Positions 38,125-48,821 of a stretch of DNA of 64,000 nt are shown one piece after another. A program made the translations under genes and the position numbers. Source of the stretch: an uncultured Lachnotalea sp. (lineage in GTDB: Bacteria > Bacillota > Clostridia > Lachnospirales > Lachnospiraceae); NCBI GenBank assembly GCA_948470255.1, contig CAOKOS010000005.1:2444-66443 (forward strand), read 5' to 3'. The notes beneath the pieces are model-generated. The model saw nothing but the letters and a program-made list of their open reading frames with translations. It was not told where the DNA came from and ran no database searches. Position 1 is the stretch's first letter; each line of letters opens with the position of its first letter.

Positions 38125-38348
38125 GACAGACTTATCTTGGTTTTTCATATTTTATTCCCCCAAATACGGAAACTCAAGAGCCTTGCCTGGGGGCGGCAAT
38201 ATGTTATAATAAAATGGATATGTGGAGAAACAGGAGAGAATGTCTTTGAAAGTAAGTACGCGTATTGTTATAACAGCCAGGGATTTTACAGCTTGTGAAA
38301 GCCAGGCGGCTGGGGTTATAATGATATGGAGCCAGGAGGCAGGAAAAC

Positions 38349-39104
38349 ATGGACGGCAGATTTGTAAAAAGTGTGCAGGTGGACTGGGAACTGGTGGGAG
38401 AAGATTCTTATATTCGTAAGATCCCGGCGCTGCAAAGGATGGGAAGACTGGATTTTGGAGAAAATATTACTTTTTTTGTGGGTGAAAATGGGACAGGGAA
38501 ATCAACGTTGACGGAGGCCATTGCGGTGGCCTGTAGATTTAACCCGGAGGGAGGGACAGCCAACTACCGCTTCAGCACTTTTGATGATGTATCGGAGCTG
38601 GGAAAGGCTCTCCATGTGGTGCGTGGATATAGGAGGCCGCGGGCCGGTTATTTTTTCCGGGCGGAAAGTTTTTTTAATGTGGCCAGCAAGGCTGAAGACT
38701 ACCGGGATAACGAACCGAAAGAAATATATTATGCCAGATATGGGGGGAAATCCCTCCATGAACAGTCCCATGGGGAAAGCTTTCTGTCGTATTTCCAGGC
38801 GTTTGAAGAAGCGGGGTTTTATATCATGGATGAGCCGGAAGCGGCATTGTCGCCCCAAAGGCAGCTGGCTTTGTTTTTACAGGTTGCCAAAATGGCTCGG
38901 AAAGGGGCGCAGTTTATCATAGCCACCCATTCCCCCATTCTTTTGGCAATCCCGGAGGCGGAAATTTTTTCTTTTGACGGAGATGGGATCCAGCGCTGCA
39001 GCTATGAAGAGACGGAAAGCTACCAGGTGACGGAGCTGTTTATCAACAATAGGGAGCGCATGGTGAGAGAATTATTGGAAAAAGAAGAGATGAAGAAGGA
39101 TTAA
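38349..39104 (+). CDS. Stand-alone ABC/AAA ATPase (COG3910-like)
   Basis: GENGTGKST, FNPEGG, FFRAESF, SHGESF, DEPEAALSP, ATHSP. Confidence 0.88.
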   Translation: MDGRFVKSVQVDWELVGEDSYIRKIPALQRMGRLDFGENITFFVGENGTGKSTLTEAIAVACRFNPEGGTANYRFSTFDDVSELGKALHVVRGYRRPRAGYFFRAESFFNVASKAEDYRDNEPKEIYYARYGGKSLHEQSHGESFLSYFQAFEEAGFYIMDEPEAALSPQRQLALFLQVAKMARKGAQFIIATHSPILLAIPEAEIFSFDGDGIQRCSYEETESYQVTELFINNRERMVRELLEKEEMKKD

Positions 39105-39111
39105 AGGAAAA

Positions 39112-39939
39112 ATGAAAGGGCTAATGAAAGAAACTGGTGAAGAGATGGAAGGAAATATGAAAGAAAAACGAGAGAAAAAATCGGTGGTAAAGCTGAAAAA
39201 GCCGGAGGCAGCGAGAAATCTGTTTCAGGAGTGGGCAGATACTTCTTTGCTCTCTTGCCTGGAAGGCGTAATGGGTGTGGTATATGGAGATGATGAAGAA
39301 CGGCCGAAAGCAGCCAGGGCGGTTTTGGGTGATTTTAGTTTTTTTGGCGGGACGCCCATGGAGGAGCTGGCTCTTTTGGAAGGGGAAAGGCCGTTTCATA
39401 TCCTGATTCCCACTTCGGAAGAATGGATCCCGTTGTTTGAGTCTTGTTTCGGGGGAAGGATAAAACGCGTGACGCGCTACGCCACCAAACAAGAACCGGG
39501 AGTTTTTGACCGCAGAAAGCTTGAGGAAGCGGCAGCTTCCCTGCCTTCTGGATATGAACTGAAAATGATTGATGAAGAGATCTACCATCAATGCCGCATG
39601 GAAAAATGGAGCCGGGACTTAGTATCCAATTATCCTGATTATGAAGTTTACAGGCGCCTGGGACTGGGAACGGCCGTCTTAAAAAATGGGGCTTTGGCAG
39701 CGGGGGTTTCTTCGTATTCCAGCTATTTAGGCGGAATAGAAATTGAGATTGACACAAAAGAAGAGCACAGGAGAAAGGGGCTGGCTTATGCCTGCAGCGC
39801 CAGGCTTTTGCTGGAATGTCTTGACAGGGGATTGTATCCCGGCTGGGATGCGGCAAACTTAAAGTCTCTGGGACTGGCTGAAAAACTGGGATATCATTTT
39901 GACCGTGAATATGCGGCTTATGAACTTTACAGAAAATAA
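39112..39939 (+). CDS. GNAT family acetyltransferase (YdfB-like); start uncertain
   Basis: GIEIEIDT...RRKGLA...YPGWDAAN..S..LAEKLGY. Confidence 0.85.
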   Translation: MKGLMKETGEEMEGNMKEKREKKSVVKLKKPEAARNLFQEWADTSLLSCLEGVMGVVYGDDEERPKAARAVLGDFSFFGGTPMEELALLEGERPFHILIPTSEEWIPLFESCFGGRIKRVTRYATKQEPGVFDRRKLEEAAASLPSGYELKMIDEEIYHQCRMEKWSRDLVSNYPDYEVYRRLGLGTAVLKNGALAAGVSSYSSYLGGIEIEIDTKEEHRRKGLAYACSARLLLECLDRGLYPGWDAANLKSLGLAEKLGYHFDREYAAYELYRK

Positions 39940-39948
39940 AAAGACTGA

Positions 39949-39971
39949 ACCCGGCGGCAGAACCGCCGGGT
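39949..39971. terminator. Hairpin between convergent genes
   Basis: ACCCGGCGG-CAGAA-CCGCCGGGT. Confidence 0.65.
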
Positions 39972-39977
39972 AAGCCT

Positions 39978-41003
39978 TTATATTTGCTTTCCTGCCAGGA
40001 TTTCTTTGTAATCCTTATAGTTTTCAGCCAGTAAATCCGGGGTGCTGAGGCCGTAAGGGCATTTTTCCATACATTTTCCGCAGCGGATACAATCCTCGAC
40101 TTTTGCCATCATAGCCTGTGCCTGTGGCGTCAGCCAGGAAGCGGAAGGGGAACGCCGCAGCATTAAAGACATTCTGGCGCAGTCGTTGATCTGGATGTGG
40201 GCCGGGCAGGTGGGGACGCAGTACCCGCAGCCGCGGCAGAAACTGCCGGACAGCTCAGATTTTTCTTTTTCAATGTAAGCAGCCATTTCCTCTGTCATGG
40301 CCGGAGGGTTACTGACATAGGATAAGAACTCATCCAGCTCTGATTCCTTCTGTACCCCCCAGATGGGAAGGACATTGTCATACTGGGCCTCAAAGGCGTA
40401 GGCGGCGGCAGAATTGGTAATGAGGCCGCCGGATAAAGCTTTCATGGCGATAAAGCCCATATTATGTTTTTTGCAGGCATTGACGATTTCCACATCTTTT
40501 TGGGTGGCCAGATAACAGAAGGGAAACTGCATGGTTTCATAAAGGCCGGATTCAATGGCTTCCATGGCCACATGGAGTCTGTGATTGGTGATGCCGATGT
40601 GACGGACTTTCCCCTGCTCCTTGGCCTTCAGGATGGCATCATAAAGACCGGATTCATCCCTGGGTTTGGGGCAGAAGGCGGGATTGTGGAACTGGAGGAT
40701 ATCCACATAATCTGTCTGAAGGTTTTTAAGGCTGGTATGTAAATCATTCCAGAAACCATCTGCGCTTTGTGCGCCTGTTTTTGTGGAAATATAGAGCTTT
40801 TCCCGGATTCCTTTAAAAGCATAACCAACCTTTTCCTCGCTGTCGGAATATGCGCGGGCCGTATCGAAAAAATTGATTCCATTGTCGTAAGCTTTCCGTA
40901 AAAGCCTGGCGGCTTCTTCTTTTGAAATACGCTGGATGGGCAGTGCGCCGAAACCGTTTTTATTGACTGTGATCCCTGTTTTCCCAAGTGTAACTGTTAC
41001 CAT
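39978..41003 (-). CDS. Aldo/keto reductase with C-terminal 4Fe-4S dicluster domain
   Basis: GFGALPIQR, FDTARAY..SE, CRGCGYC..CP, CIRCGKC...CP. Confidence 0.92.
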   Translation of the reverse strand: MVTVTLGKTGITVNKNGFGALPIQRISKEEAARLLRKAYDNGINFFDTARAYSDSEEKVGYAFKGIREKLYISTKTGAQSADGFWNDLHTSLKNLQTDYVDILQFHNPAFCPKPRDESGLYDAILKAKEQGKVRHIGITNHRLHVAMEAIESGLYETMQFPFCYLATQKDVEIVNACKKHNMGFIAMKALSGGLITNSAAAYAFEAQYDNVLPIWGVQKESELDEFLSYVSNPPAMTEEMAAYIEKEKSELSGSFCRGCGYCVPTCPAHIQINDCARMSLMLRRSPSASWLTPQAQAMMAKVEDCIRCGKCMEKCPYGLSTPDLLAENYKDYKEILAGKQI

Positions 41004-41130
41004 GTGCTACCTCCTCACAGATATATGTAGAAACTCTTACTAAAAAGTATATCCAGCGTATGAAAAAATGTCAACCTAAGATAGGGGCTTGCCAAGGCCT
41101 TTTTTTTATTGTAATATCAATATAGCAAAA

Positions 41131-41203
41131 GGCCGTGCAACTGGCGGAAAGTAGGAGCACCTACGGGAAGCGCGGACTGTTCATATGAGCCGACCGCCTG
41201 GGC
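41131..41203 (+). promoter_or_regulatory. ZMP/ZTP (pfl) riboswitch
   Basis: ACTGGCGGAA...CGGGAAG...GCCGACCGCCTGGGC consensus upstream of purH, followed by terminator CGCCTGA...TCAGGCGTTTTTT (41204-41241). Confidence 0.92.
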
Positions 41204-41346
41204 CGCCTGAAGGAACTAAAAGGAGTACTCAGGCGTTTTTTGTCGTATGGGTTCCCAGCGCGGGCAGGTATGGATTTATGGCGCCGCTGCCAGATTCATA
41301 TCCACCTAAAAATCCCATACAGGCAACTTAAGAAAGGAGTATCAGA

Positions 41347-42897
41347 ATGAGAGCGTTGATCAGCGTATCAGACAAAACAGGCATTACGGAGCTTGCAAAG
41401 GAACTGACAGAACTTGGCGTGGAAATCATTTCTACCGGGGGGACTTACAAAAAGCTTAAGGAAGAAGGCGTGGAAGCCATTGAGATTTCTGAGCTGACTG
41501 GATTTCCGGAGTGCCTGGACGGCCGGGTAAAGACTCTCCACCCCATTGTCCACGCAGGGCTTTTGGCCATGCGTTCCAATCCGGATCATATGAAGCAGCT
41601 TTCGGAGCTTAATATTCAGCCCATTGATATGGTAATTGTCAACCTGTATCCCTTCAAGGCGACGATTATGAAGGAGCATGTGACCCGCGAAGATGCGGTG
41701 GAAAATATTGATATTGGAGGCCCCACCATGCTCCGGGCGGCGGCCAAAAATTATCAGGATGTGGCCGTGGTGGTGGATCCGGCAGACTATGCTACGGTAC
41801 TTAAGGAGCTTAAAGAGGATGGAAAAGTTTCCCTGGATACGAAGTTTTACCTGATGCAGAAAGTGTTTATGCACACGTCCAATTATGATACGATGATTGC
41901 CGATTATCTGAAGGCAGAGAGGAAAGATTACAGCCTACCAGAGACGCTGACCATGACCTTTGAAAAGGTGCAGGATATGCGTTATGGGGAAAACCCCCAT
42001 CAGCGGGCGGCTTTTTACCGGGAAGTGGGAAAAAAGCAGGGGACACTGGATCTGGCGGAGCAGTTAAACGGCAAAGAACTTTCTTTCAATAATATCAACG
42101 ACGCCAACGGCGCCCTGGAGCTTTGTAAGGAATTTGACGAGCCGACGGTGGTGGCCAGCAAGCACGGCAATCCCTGCGGTGTGGGCAGCGCAGTTACCAT
42201 TGAGGAAGCCTGGGATAAGGCTTATGCGGCTGATAAAGTTTCCATTTTCGGAGGAATCGTGGCGGTGAACCGGGAAGTGACCGCTTCCATGGCTGCAAAA
42301 ATGAAAGAAGTATTTCTGGAGGTGATCATTGCACCCTCTTATGAGAAGGAAGCGCTGGACATCCTTTGTGAGAAGAAAAATGTCCGTGTGCTGCGGCTTG
42401 CGGATATTACAGTTCCCCAGAGGGAGAATGCATTGGATATGAAAAAAGTAAACGGCGGCATTATTGTCCAGGGTATCGACAATAAACTGACAGAGGGAGA
42501 CGTCCAGGTGGTGACAGAGAGGAAGCCTACGGCAAAGGAAATGGAAGACTTGATGTTTGCCTGGAAGATGGTGAAGTATGTGAAATCCAACGGCATTGCT
42601 TTGGCAAAGGACAAGCAGTCTGTGGGAATCGGCCCCGGCCAGGTAAACAGGATCTGGGCGGCGAAGCAGTCGGCGGAACATGCGAAAGAGCTGGTTGGGC
42701 CGGGAGCCACAAAGGGGGCAGTCATGGCGTCAGACGCGTTTTTCCCCTTCCCGGATTGTGTGGAGGCTGCCCATGAGGCGGGAATTACAGCCATTATCCA
42801 GCCGGGCGGAGCCATGAGGGATCAACTTTCCATTGACAAATGCAATGAATATGGCATCGCCATGGTATTTACCGGCATGAGGCATTTCCGCCATTAA
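41347..42897 (+). CDS. purH: Bifunctional AICAR transformylase/IMP cyclohydrolase
   Basis: [49 protein letters not shown]. Confidence 0.98.
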   Translation: MRALISVSDKTGITELAKELTELGVEIISTGGTYKKLKEEGVEAIEISELTGFPECLDGRVKTLHPIVHAGLLAMRSNPDHMKQLSELNIQPIDMVIVNLYPFKATIMKEHVTREDAVENIDIGGPTMLRAAAKNYQDVAVVVDPADYATVLKELKEDGKVSLDTKFYLMQKVFMHTSNYDTMIADYLKAERKDYSLPETLTMTFEKVQDMRYGENPHQRAAFYREVGKKQGTLDLAEQLNGKELSFNNINDANGALELCKEFDEPTVVASKHGNPCGVGSAVTIEEAWDKAYAADKVSIFGGIVAVNREVTASMAAKMKEVFLEVIIAPSYEKEALDILCEKKNVRVLRLADITVPQRENALDMKKVNGGIIVQGIDNKLTEGDVQVVTERKPTAKEMEDLMFAWKMVKYVKSNGIALAKDKQSVGIGPGQVNRIWAAKQSAEHAKELVGPGATKGAVMASDAFFPFPDCVEAAHEAGITAIIQPGGAMRDQLSIDKCNEYGIAMVFTGMRHFRH

Positions 42898-42906
42898 GCA
42901 GGAGGG

Positions 42907-43584
42907 ATGATGTACCGGGTATTGATTGTGGAGGATGACGAGGTCATTGCCACCCAGGTAAAAAAGCATATGGAAGCCTGGGACATGGAAGTGCACTGTA
43001 TCCAGGATTTCCGGAATGTGATGGGAGAGTTCCTTTCCCGGAAACCACAGCTTGTGCTGATGGATATCGGCCTGCCTTTTTACAACGGTTATCACTGGTG
43101 CCAGGAAATCCGCCGTGTCTCCAAAGCGCCGATTGTCTTTATTTCTTCGGCTGCGGACAATATGAATATTGTCATGGCTGTGAATATGGGGGCCGATGAT
43201 TTTGTGGTGAAACCATTCAGCCTGGAAGTCCTGATGGCTAAGGTACAGGCAGTCCTCAGGAGGGCTTATGATTTTGGCGCTTCACCGGAGATTTTAGAGC
43301 ATGGAGGGGCGGTCCTGGATCTGGATGCGGCTGCCCTCAACGTGAATGGGGAACGTGTGGATTTAACAAAAAACGAGTACAGGATTTTAAGGACACTGAT
43401 GGAAAATAAAGGAAGGGTAGTGAGCCGGGAGCTTCTCATGGATCGTTTGTGGGAAACAGACTGCTATGTGGATGACAATACATTGACAGTGAATGTCACC
43501 AGGCTCAGGCGGAAGCTTTCCGGCGCGGGCCTTTCGGATTTTATTGTGACGAAAAAAGGGATTGGTTATCTGATCGAGGCGTGA
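42907..43584 (+). CDS. Response regulator, BceR/GraR-like
   Basis: LMDIGLP.YNGYHWC, GADDF..KPF, DDNTLTVNV.RLR. Confidence 0.93.
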   Translation: MMYRVLIVEDDEVIATQVKKHMEAWDMEVHCIQDFRNVMGEFLSRKPQLVLMDIGLPFYNGYHWCQEIRRVSKAPIVFISSAADNMNIVMAVNMGADDFVVKPFSLEVLMAKVQAVLRRAYDFGASPEILEHGGAVLDLDAAALNVNGERVDLTKNEYRILRTLMENKGRVVSRELLMDRLWETDCYVDDNTLTVNVTRLRRKLSGAGLSDFIVTKKGIGYLIEA

Positions 43585-43603
43585 GGCAGGAGGAAAGCGG
43601 ACG

Positions 43604-44584
43604 GTGGTTTTACATTATTTAAAAGACAGGAGGAAAGGGGGAGCGCTTCTTTTTTCCTGTGCCGGAGTTTTTCTGCTGGTGTTTTGGCTGGAAGGGCTTC
43701 CCTTTCAGGCGGTGGGATACGCGTTCCTGCTCTGCGGGGCTTTATGTGCCGGAGCCATTTTGGCAGACTTTTTTTCGTACCAGAAAAGGAGGAAGGAGCT
43801 TCTTCGTTTCAGCAGGAGGCCGCCTGCCGACATTTCTCTCCTGCCTCAGCCGGGAAATGAAGAGGAAAGGCTCTGGAGGATCCTGGTGGAGCAGGAGTAT
43901 GGGGAGCGCAAAAGGATTTTAGAAGCAGCTCAGGAAGAACGGCTGGAACAGATGGACTATTATACCATGTGGGTTCATCAGGTGAAAACGCCCATTGCGG
44001 CCATGAGGCTCTTGCTGGATGGAAATGAGGCCCATGACAGGACACTTTTGTCAGAGCTTTTTTACATTGAGCAGTATGTGGGCATGGTACTTTCTTATCT
44101 CAGGCTTTCCGGGGACGGGACGGATTTTGTCATCAGGCGCCTGAATTTGGAACCGGTGGTACGCCGGTGTGTGAGGAAATATGCGCCGTTATTTATCCGG
44201 AAACAGCTGGCCCTCAAGCTGGGGGACGTGGACTGCCAGGTGTTGACCGATGAAAAGTGGTTGTCCTTTGTGGTGGAGCAGCTTCTTTCCAACGCCCTTA
44301 AATATACTAGACAGGGAGAGATCCGGATTTATATGGAAAGCGAAAAGAGCCTTGTCATTGAGGATACGGGAATCGGTATTGATCCGGCGGATTTGCCGCG
44401 CATTTGGGAGAGGGGATTTACCGGGGAAAACGGTAGGGTAGATAAAAGCGCCACAGGGCTGGGGCTTTATCTTTGCAGGCAAATCTGTAAAAAACTGTCC
44501 CATGTAATTACCATTGAATCGGAGCCGGGAAAGGGGACAAAAGTGTGCCTACGGATGGACTATGTAAACATACAGCCGGAATGA
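43604..44584 (+). CDS. Intramembrane-sensing histidine kinase, BceS-like
   Basis: Two close TM helices; WVHQVKTP, DEKWL.F..EQLLSNALKY, GFTG.NG, TGLGLYL. Confidence 0.93.
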   Translation: MVLHYLKDRRKGGALLFSCAGVFLLVFWLEGLPFQAVGYAFLLCGALCAGAILADFFSYQKRRKELLRFSRRPPADISLLPQPGNEEERLWRILVEQEYGERKRILEAAQEERLEQMDYYTMWVHQVKTPIAAMRLLLDGNEAHDRTLLSELFYIEQYVGMVLSYLRLSGDGTDFVIRRLNLEPVVRRCVRKYAPLFIRKQLALKLGDVDCQVLTDEKWLSFVVEQLLSNALKYTRQGEIRIYMESEKSLVIEDTGIGIDPADLPRIWERGFTGENGRVDKSATGLGLYLCRQICKKLSHVITIESEPGKGTKVCLRMDYVNIQPE

Positions 44585-44605
44585 GATAGGCGGATTGTTT
44601 ATAAG

Positions 44606-44642
44606 CTTTCAATTTTGTAAGGTTTCAAAGGGGAAATGTAAG
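44606..44642 (+). promoter_or_regulatory. BceR-type binding site upstream of the ABC genes
   Basis: CTTTCA-N4-TGTAAG (cf. TNACA-N4-TGTAA) plus a second TGTAAG half-site 21 bp downstream. Confidence 0.7.
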
Positions 44643-44718
44643 CCGGAAAAATGGCAGGACATTCCCCTTTTTTGTATACTGACGGGGATGTATACAATTT
44701 TACAAGGAGGCAACATGT

Positions 44719-45486
44719 ATGGCAATGCTTGACGTAAAGCAGTTAAACAAAATTTATACCACCAGATTTGGCGGAAACCAGGTGGAAGCTTTGAGGAACG
44801 TGACTTTTTCCGTGGAAAAAGGAGAATATACGGCGATCATGGGGGAGTCCGGTTCGGGAAAGACGACGCTTCTTAATATCCTTGCGGCTCTCGATAAGCC
44901 AACAGGTGGGAAGGTGCTTTTGAATGGGAAAGACCTTGCAGGGATACCGGACAGGGAGATGGCAGCCTTCCGTCGGAATAACCTGGGATTTGTTTTCCAG
45001 GACTTCAATCTGTTGGACAATTTTTCCATAAGGGACAATATTTTTCTCCCTCTTGTCCTGGCGGGAAAGCGGTATGGGGAAATGGAGAGGAGGCTTAATG
45101 GAATCGCCGGGGAATTGGGGATTTCCCAGATTCTTTCCAAGTTTCCTTATGAAGTTTCGGGGGGACAGAAACAGAGGGCGGCGGTAGCCAGGGCCATTAT
45201 CACCGGGCCGGAGATTCTCCTGGCCGATGAACCGACGGGGGCGTTGGATTCCAGGGCTTCAGAGAACCTGCTGGAATTGTTTCATGTTTTAAATGATGGC
45301 GGGCAGACCATTCTCATGGTGACACACAGTGTGCGGGCAGCCAGCAAAGCGAAAAGGGTGCTGTTTATCAAAGACGGAGAAGTGTTCCATCAGATTTATA
45401 AAGGCAGGGATACTTCAGAGCAGATGTACCAGAAAATTTCCGATACTCTGACTATGATTGCGACAGGTGGTGGCCGCCATGAATAA
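44719..45486 (+). CDS. BceA-like ABC transporter ATP-binding protein
   Basis: GESGSGKTT, GFVFQDFNLL, VSGGQKQR, ADEPTGALD. Confidence 0.95.
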   Translation: MAMLDVKQLNKIYTTRFGGNQVEALRNVTFSVEKGEYTAIMGESGSGKTTLLNILAALDKPTGGKVLLNGKDLAGIPDREMAAFRRNNLGFVFQDFNLLDNFSIRDNIFLPLVLAGKRYGEMERRLNGIAGELGISQILSKFPYEVSGGQKQRAAVARAIITGPEILLADEPTGALDSRASENLLELFHVLNDGGQTILMVTHSVRAASKAKRVLFIKDGEVFHQIYKGRDTSEQMYQKISDTLTMIATGGGRHE

Positions 45487-47491
45487 TAAGACATTTTTTT
45501 ACCAGAAACTGGCTGTTTCCAATATCAGGAAAAACGGCAGGGTTTATTTCCCTTATCTTTTGACTTGTGCCATTACCGTAGCCATGTATTTTATTATGTT
45601 TTCCCTTTCCGATAATCCGGGCATTGACCAGGTAATCGGGGGAAGCCATGTGAGGTATGCGCTTTCCATGGCTTCCAAAGTGGTGGGAATGTTTGCGGTG
45701 ATTTTCCTGTTTTATACCAACAGCTTTCTGATGAAGCAGAGGAAGAGGGAGCTGGCCCTCTACAATATCCTGGGAATGGAGAAGTGGCATCTGGGGAAAA
45801 TGCTTTTCTGGGAAACCGTATGCGTAGGAATTGTAACGTTGGTCTTTGGCCTGGTCATGGGGATGCTGCTCAATAAACTGATGTTTCTTTTGGTGTTGCG
45901 CATGTTTGACAGCCAGGTTCCTCTGGCCTTTTCTCTTTCCGGGAAAGCGTTTTGGAGTACGTGTTTTCTGTTCACGGTGATTTTCCTGCTGATATTGCTG
46001 AACAGTGTGCGCCAGATTCAGTTTAAAAGTCCCATGGAACTGCTGAGGGAGGGAAATGCCGGGGAAAAAGAGCCAAAGACCAGATGGATTACAGCCTTTC
46101 TCGGTATTGTTTTTCTTGGCATTGGTTATTACATGGCAGTTGCCATCAAAAACCCCGTGGCGGCATTGGCTTTGTTTTTTGTGGCCGTATTTTTCGTCAT
46201 CATTGGGACTTACTGCATTTTTACGGCCGGGAGCATTGCTTTCCTTAAGTTTTTGAGGAGCAGGAAGGGATATTATTATAAAGCCAATCATTTTATTTCC
46301 GTATCGGGAATGTTGTACCGGATGCGGCAAAATGCAGTGGGACTGGCCAATATTTGTGTACTGTCTACCATGGTGCTTGTCATGGTATCTTCCACCTTAA
46401 GCCTTTATATGGGGATTGACGATATTGTGAAGACGCAGCATTTTCGGGATATCCAGATTGTATCGGAGGATTATTCGGAAGAAAACCGCGGACAGATACA
46501 GGAGAGGGCAAAGATGGTTTTAGGAGAAGAAGGATATTCTTTTTCTGAGGAGGCGGATTATACTTTGCTGGGATTTGCTGCATTGGAACGGGGAGGTTCC
46601 CTGGAAGGCGGCGCAGGAGACGCCTCCATTTTGGAGATGAATTCACTTCGGGAGATTTATGTCATCACATCAGAGGATTATGAGAGACTCACCGGAGAGA
46701 AACTGGAGCTTTCTGAAGGGGAAATTTTTTTAAGAAATACGGAAAAAGGGTTCCCGGGAAACAAGCTTACGGTTATGGGACGGGAATATGCCATTGCGGG
46801 GCAGAAGAAGGGGAATCCCAACGGCATTATAAAGTCGGCCGGAAGCGGGACGCGCAATTATCTTCTGGTGGTGAGTGGAAAAGAAGAGTTTGAGGAGTTG
46901 AACCGGCTTCAGCGGGAGATATACGGGCAACATGCTTCTGTCCCGGAGTTTATTTACGGCTTTAATCTGGGAGGAGGCAGTGAATCGCAGCTTATGGCGG
47001 CAGAGGCGCTGTTTCACCGGCTGGCAGGAAATCCTGAGGACGGCGGCGCAGGGCTTCCTGTCTCCGTGAGCAGTATGGCCGGGGCAAAGGAAGATAGCGT
47101 GGGGCTTTTTGGAGGTCTGTTTTTCATCGGGGTATTTTTGGGGATTCTGTTTTTGATGGCGACAGTGCTGATTATCTATTATAAACAGCTTTCAGAAGGA
47201 TATGACGATGCGGGCCGCTTCAATGTAATGAAAAAAGTAGGAATGAGTGGACGGGAAATTCGGCGGTCCATCCATTCCCAGGTGCTCACGGTGTTTTTTC
47301 TGCCGCTTTTGGGGGCGGGCATCCATGTAGCCTTTGCATTTCCTTACCTTACCAGGGTGTTGTCCCTGTTTTGTATGTATAATGTCCCTTTGTTTGCCAT
47401 CTGTACGGCAGGGGTGATGGCCGCGTTTGCCCTGTTTTATCTGGCGGTATACAGGCTGACGGAGAGGGTGTATTACAGGATTGTACGATAA
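45479..47491 (+). CDS. BceB-like FtsX-family ABC permease (peptide-antibiotic resistance)
   Basis: FLFYTNSFL.KQRKRELALY.ILG, NAVGLANIC, large extracellular loop, IYYKQLSEG..D. Confidence 0.92.
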   Translation: MNNKTFFYQKLAVSNIRKNGRVYFPYLLTCAITVAMYFIMFSLSDNPGIDQVIGGSHVRYALSMASKVVGMFAVIFLFYTNSFLMKQRKRELALYNILGMEKWHLGKMLFWETVCVGIVTLVFGLVMGMLLNKLMFLLVLRMFDSQVPLAFSLSGKAFWSTCFLFTVIFLLILLNSVRQIQFKSPMELLREGNAGEKEPKTRWITAFLGIVFLGIGYYMAVAIKNPVAALALFFVAVFFVIIGTYCIFTAGSIAFLKFLRSRKGYYYKANHFISVSGMLYRMRQNAVGLANICVLSTMVLVMVSSTLSLYMGIDDIVKTQHFRDIQIVSEDYSEENRGQIQERAKMVLGEEGYSFSEEADYTLLGFAALERGGSLEGGAGDASILEMNSLREIYVITSEDYERLTGEKLELSEGEIFLRNTEKGFPGNKLTVMGREYAIAGQKKGNPNGIIKSAGSGTRNYLLVVSGKEEFEELNRLQREIYGQHASVPEFIYGFNLGGGSESQLMAAEALFHRLAGNPEDGGAGLPVSVSSMAGAKEDSVGLFGGLFFIGVFLGILFLMATVLIIYYKQLSEGYDDAGRFNVMKKVGMSGREIRRSIHSQVLTVFFLPLLGAGIHVAFAFPYLTRVLSLFCMYNVPLFAICTAGVMAAFALFYLAVYRLTERVYYRIVR

Positions 47492-47622
47492 AGACAAGGT
47501 ATTTATCCGGCCTCCCCCCTGTCCCTGCTTTTGTCCGCGTTGGTTTTTTAGTTTTGCATGTTCTGTCCATCGGACACAAGTAGGGCAGAAGGGAAGGCCA
47601 GACAGCCATTCTCCCAGATATT

Positions 47623-48654
47623 TTACAGCTGGCTCTTTTTTTGCGCGATGCTGCCGCGTATCATGACATCCCCGTTGACTCCTATGGTGTACCGTGGGCT
47701 TTCAGGATTTGTGATTTTAGAATCCAGTATTTTCATGGCAGTCCTCCCGATCACTTCCCCGGGAATCTCCACGGCTGCAAGAGTGGGCATGGTCATCCGG
47801 CAAAAAAGGCTGTCCCCAATGCTGATCAGTGAGATGTCATCGGGAATTTTGTAGCCTTTCGCGCTGAGGGCATTGAGCATACCGACCGCTATGGTGTCAT
47901 TATCGGCGATGATTGCCGTTGGCATATAGCTTCCTGCTTCCATGATAGAAACGATGTTGTCATATGTGCCATCCATCATTGGATTTACAGGGAAGCAAAG
48001 ATGGGGGTCGGCTTTGATATTTCTTTCTTCAGCCACCACTAAGAAGCTGTTGTGGCGTTCCAGGTCATTGTAAGTTTTAAAACTGCTGTAGATGAAGCCG
48101 ATTTTCGTATGGCCGTATCCTTTCAGAATGTCAACTGCTTTGTAAACGCACTGCCTGTTGTCAATGATTACACTGTCACATTCAAAAGCAGGAATATTGG
48201 TATCGACCATGACGACGGGGGATTCAAAATCTTCCAGATAATTTTGATGAAACAGGGGTAGATCCGTCCCAAACAGAATCATTCCGTCTGGGGGATAATC
48301 GTTGATCATCTGGAGGACTTTGATGAATTCACCTTCATGGCAAGGGGTGGCGACAATGTCATATCCCAGGTTCCTGGCCTCATGCCCGATAGCGTCAAAA
48401 ATAGAATTGACAAAACCGTCGTTTCTCCCTGTATGGTACCCCAGTACTGAGTATTTTAGAAGGCAGACACGTTTTGCGGCATCTTTTTCCTGCTCTTTGA
48501 GCTTTCCGTGGTAGCCGTTGTCTTTCAACTGCTGGAGTACTCTTGCCCTCGTTTCGTCACTGACTCCAGGACGGTTGTGAAGAACAAGAGAAACTGTTGC
48601 AGACGATATATTTAAAGTTTTGGCAATTTCCTTTAATGGCACTCTGTTCTTCAC
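47623..48654 (-). CDS. LacI family transcriptional regulator
   Basis: LKEIAK...IS.ATVS.VL..RPGVS..TR; DND.IA.G; IPDDISLI. Confidence 0.93.
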   Translation of the reverse strand: MKNRVPLKEIAKTLNISSATVSLVLHNRPGVSDETRARVLQQLKDNGYHGKLKEQEKDAAKRVCLLKYSVLGYHTGRNDGFVNSIFDAIGHEARNLGYDIVATPCHEGEFIKVLQMINDYPPDGMILFGTDLPLFHQNYLEDFESPVVMVDTNIPAFECDSVIIDNRQCVYKAVDILKGYGHTKIGFIYSSFKTYNDLERHNSFLVVAEERNIKADPHLCFPVNPMMDGTYDNIVSIMEAGSYMPTAIIADNDTIAVGMLNALSAKGYKIPDDISLISIGDSLFCRMTMPTLAAVEIPGEVIGRTAMKILDSKITNPESPRYTIGVNGDVMIRGSIAQKKSQL

Positions 48655-48821
48655 ATTTTATCCTCACATTTTTACTTTGAAAGTTCAGCGTTCCGACGCT
48701 GGACTGCGCGGAAATGGGGGCACGAAGTGGCAGTTTCCTATTCCATTTTCTGCGTATCCGCCGGAGGCTCAAAGTAAACCTCTTTCATTTATAGTGGTAT
48801 CTGCAATGCTGATATGGAGGT

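Noticed and set aside
42907-47491. Bce-type module as a novel system
   Set aside because: Standard, well-described peptide-antibiotic sensing and resistance module with a canonical binding site
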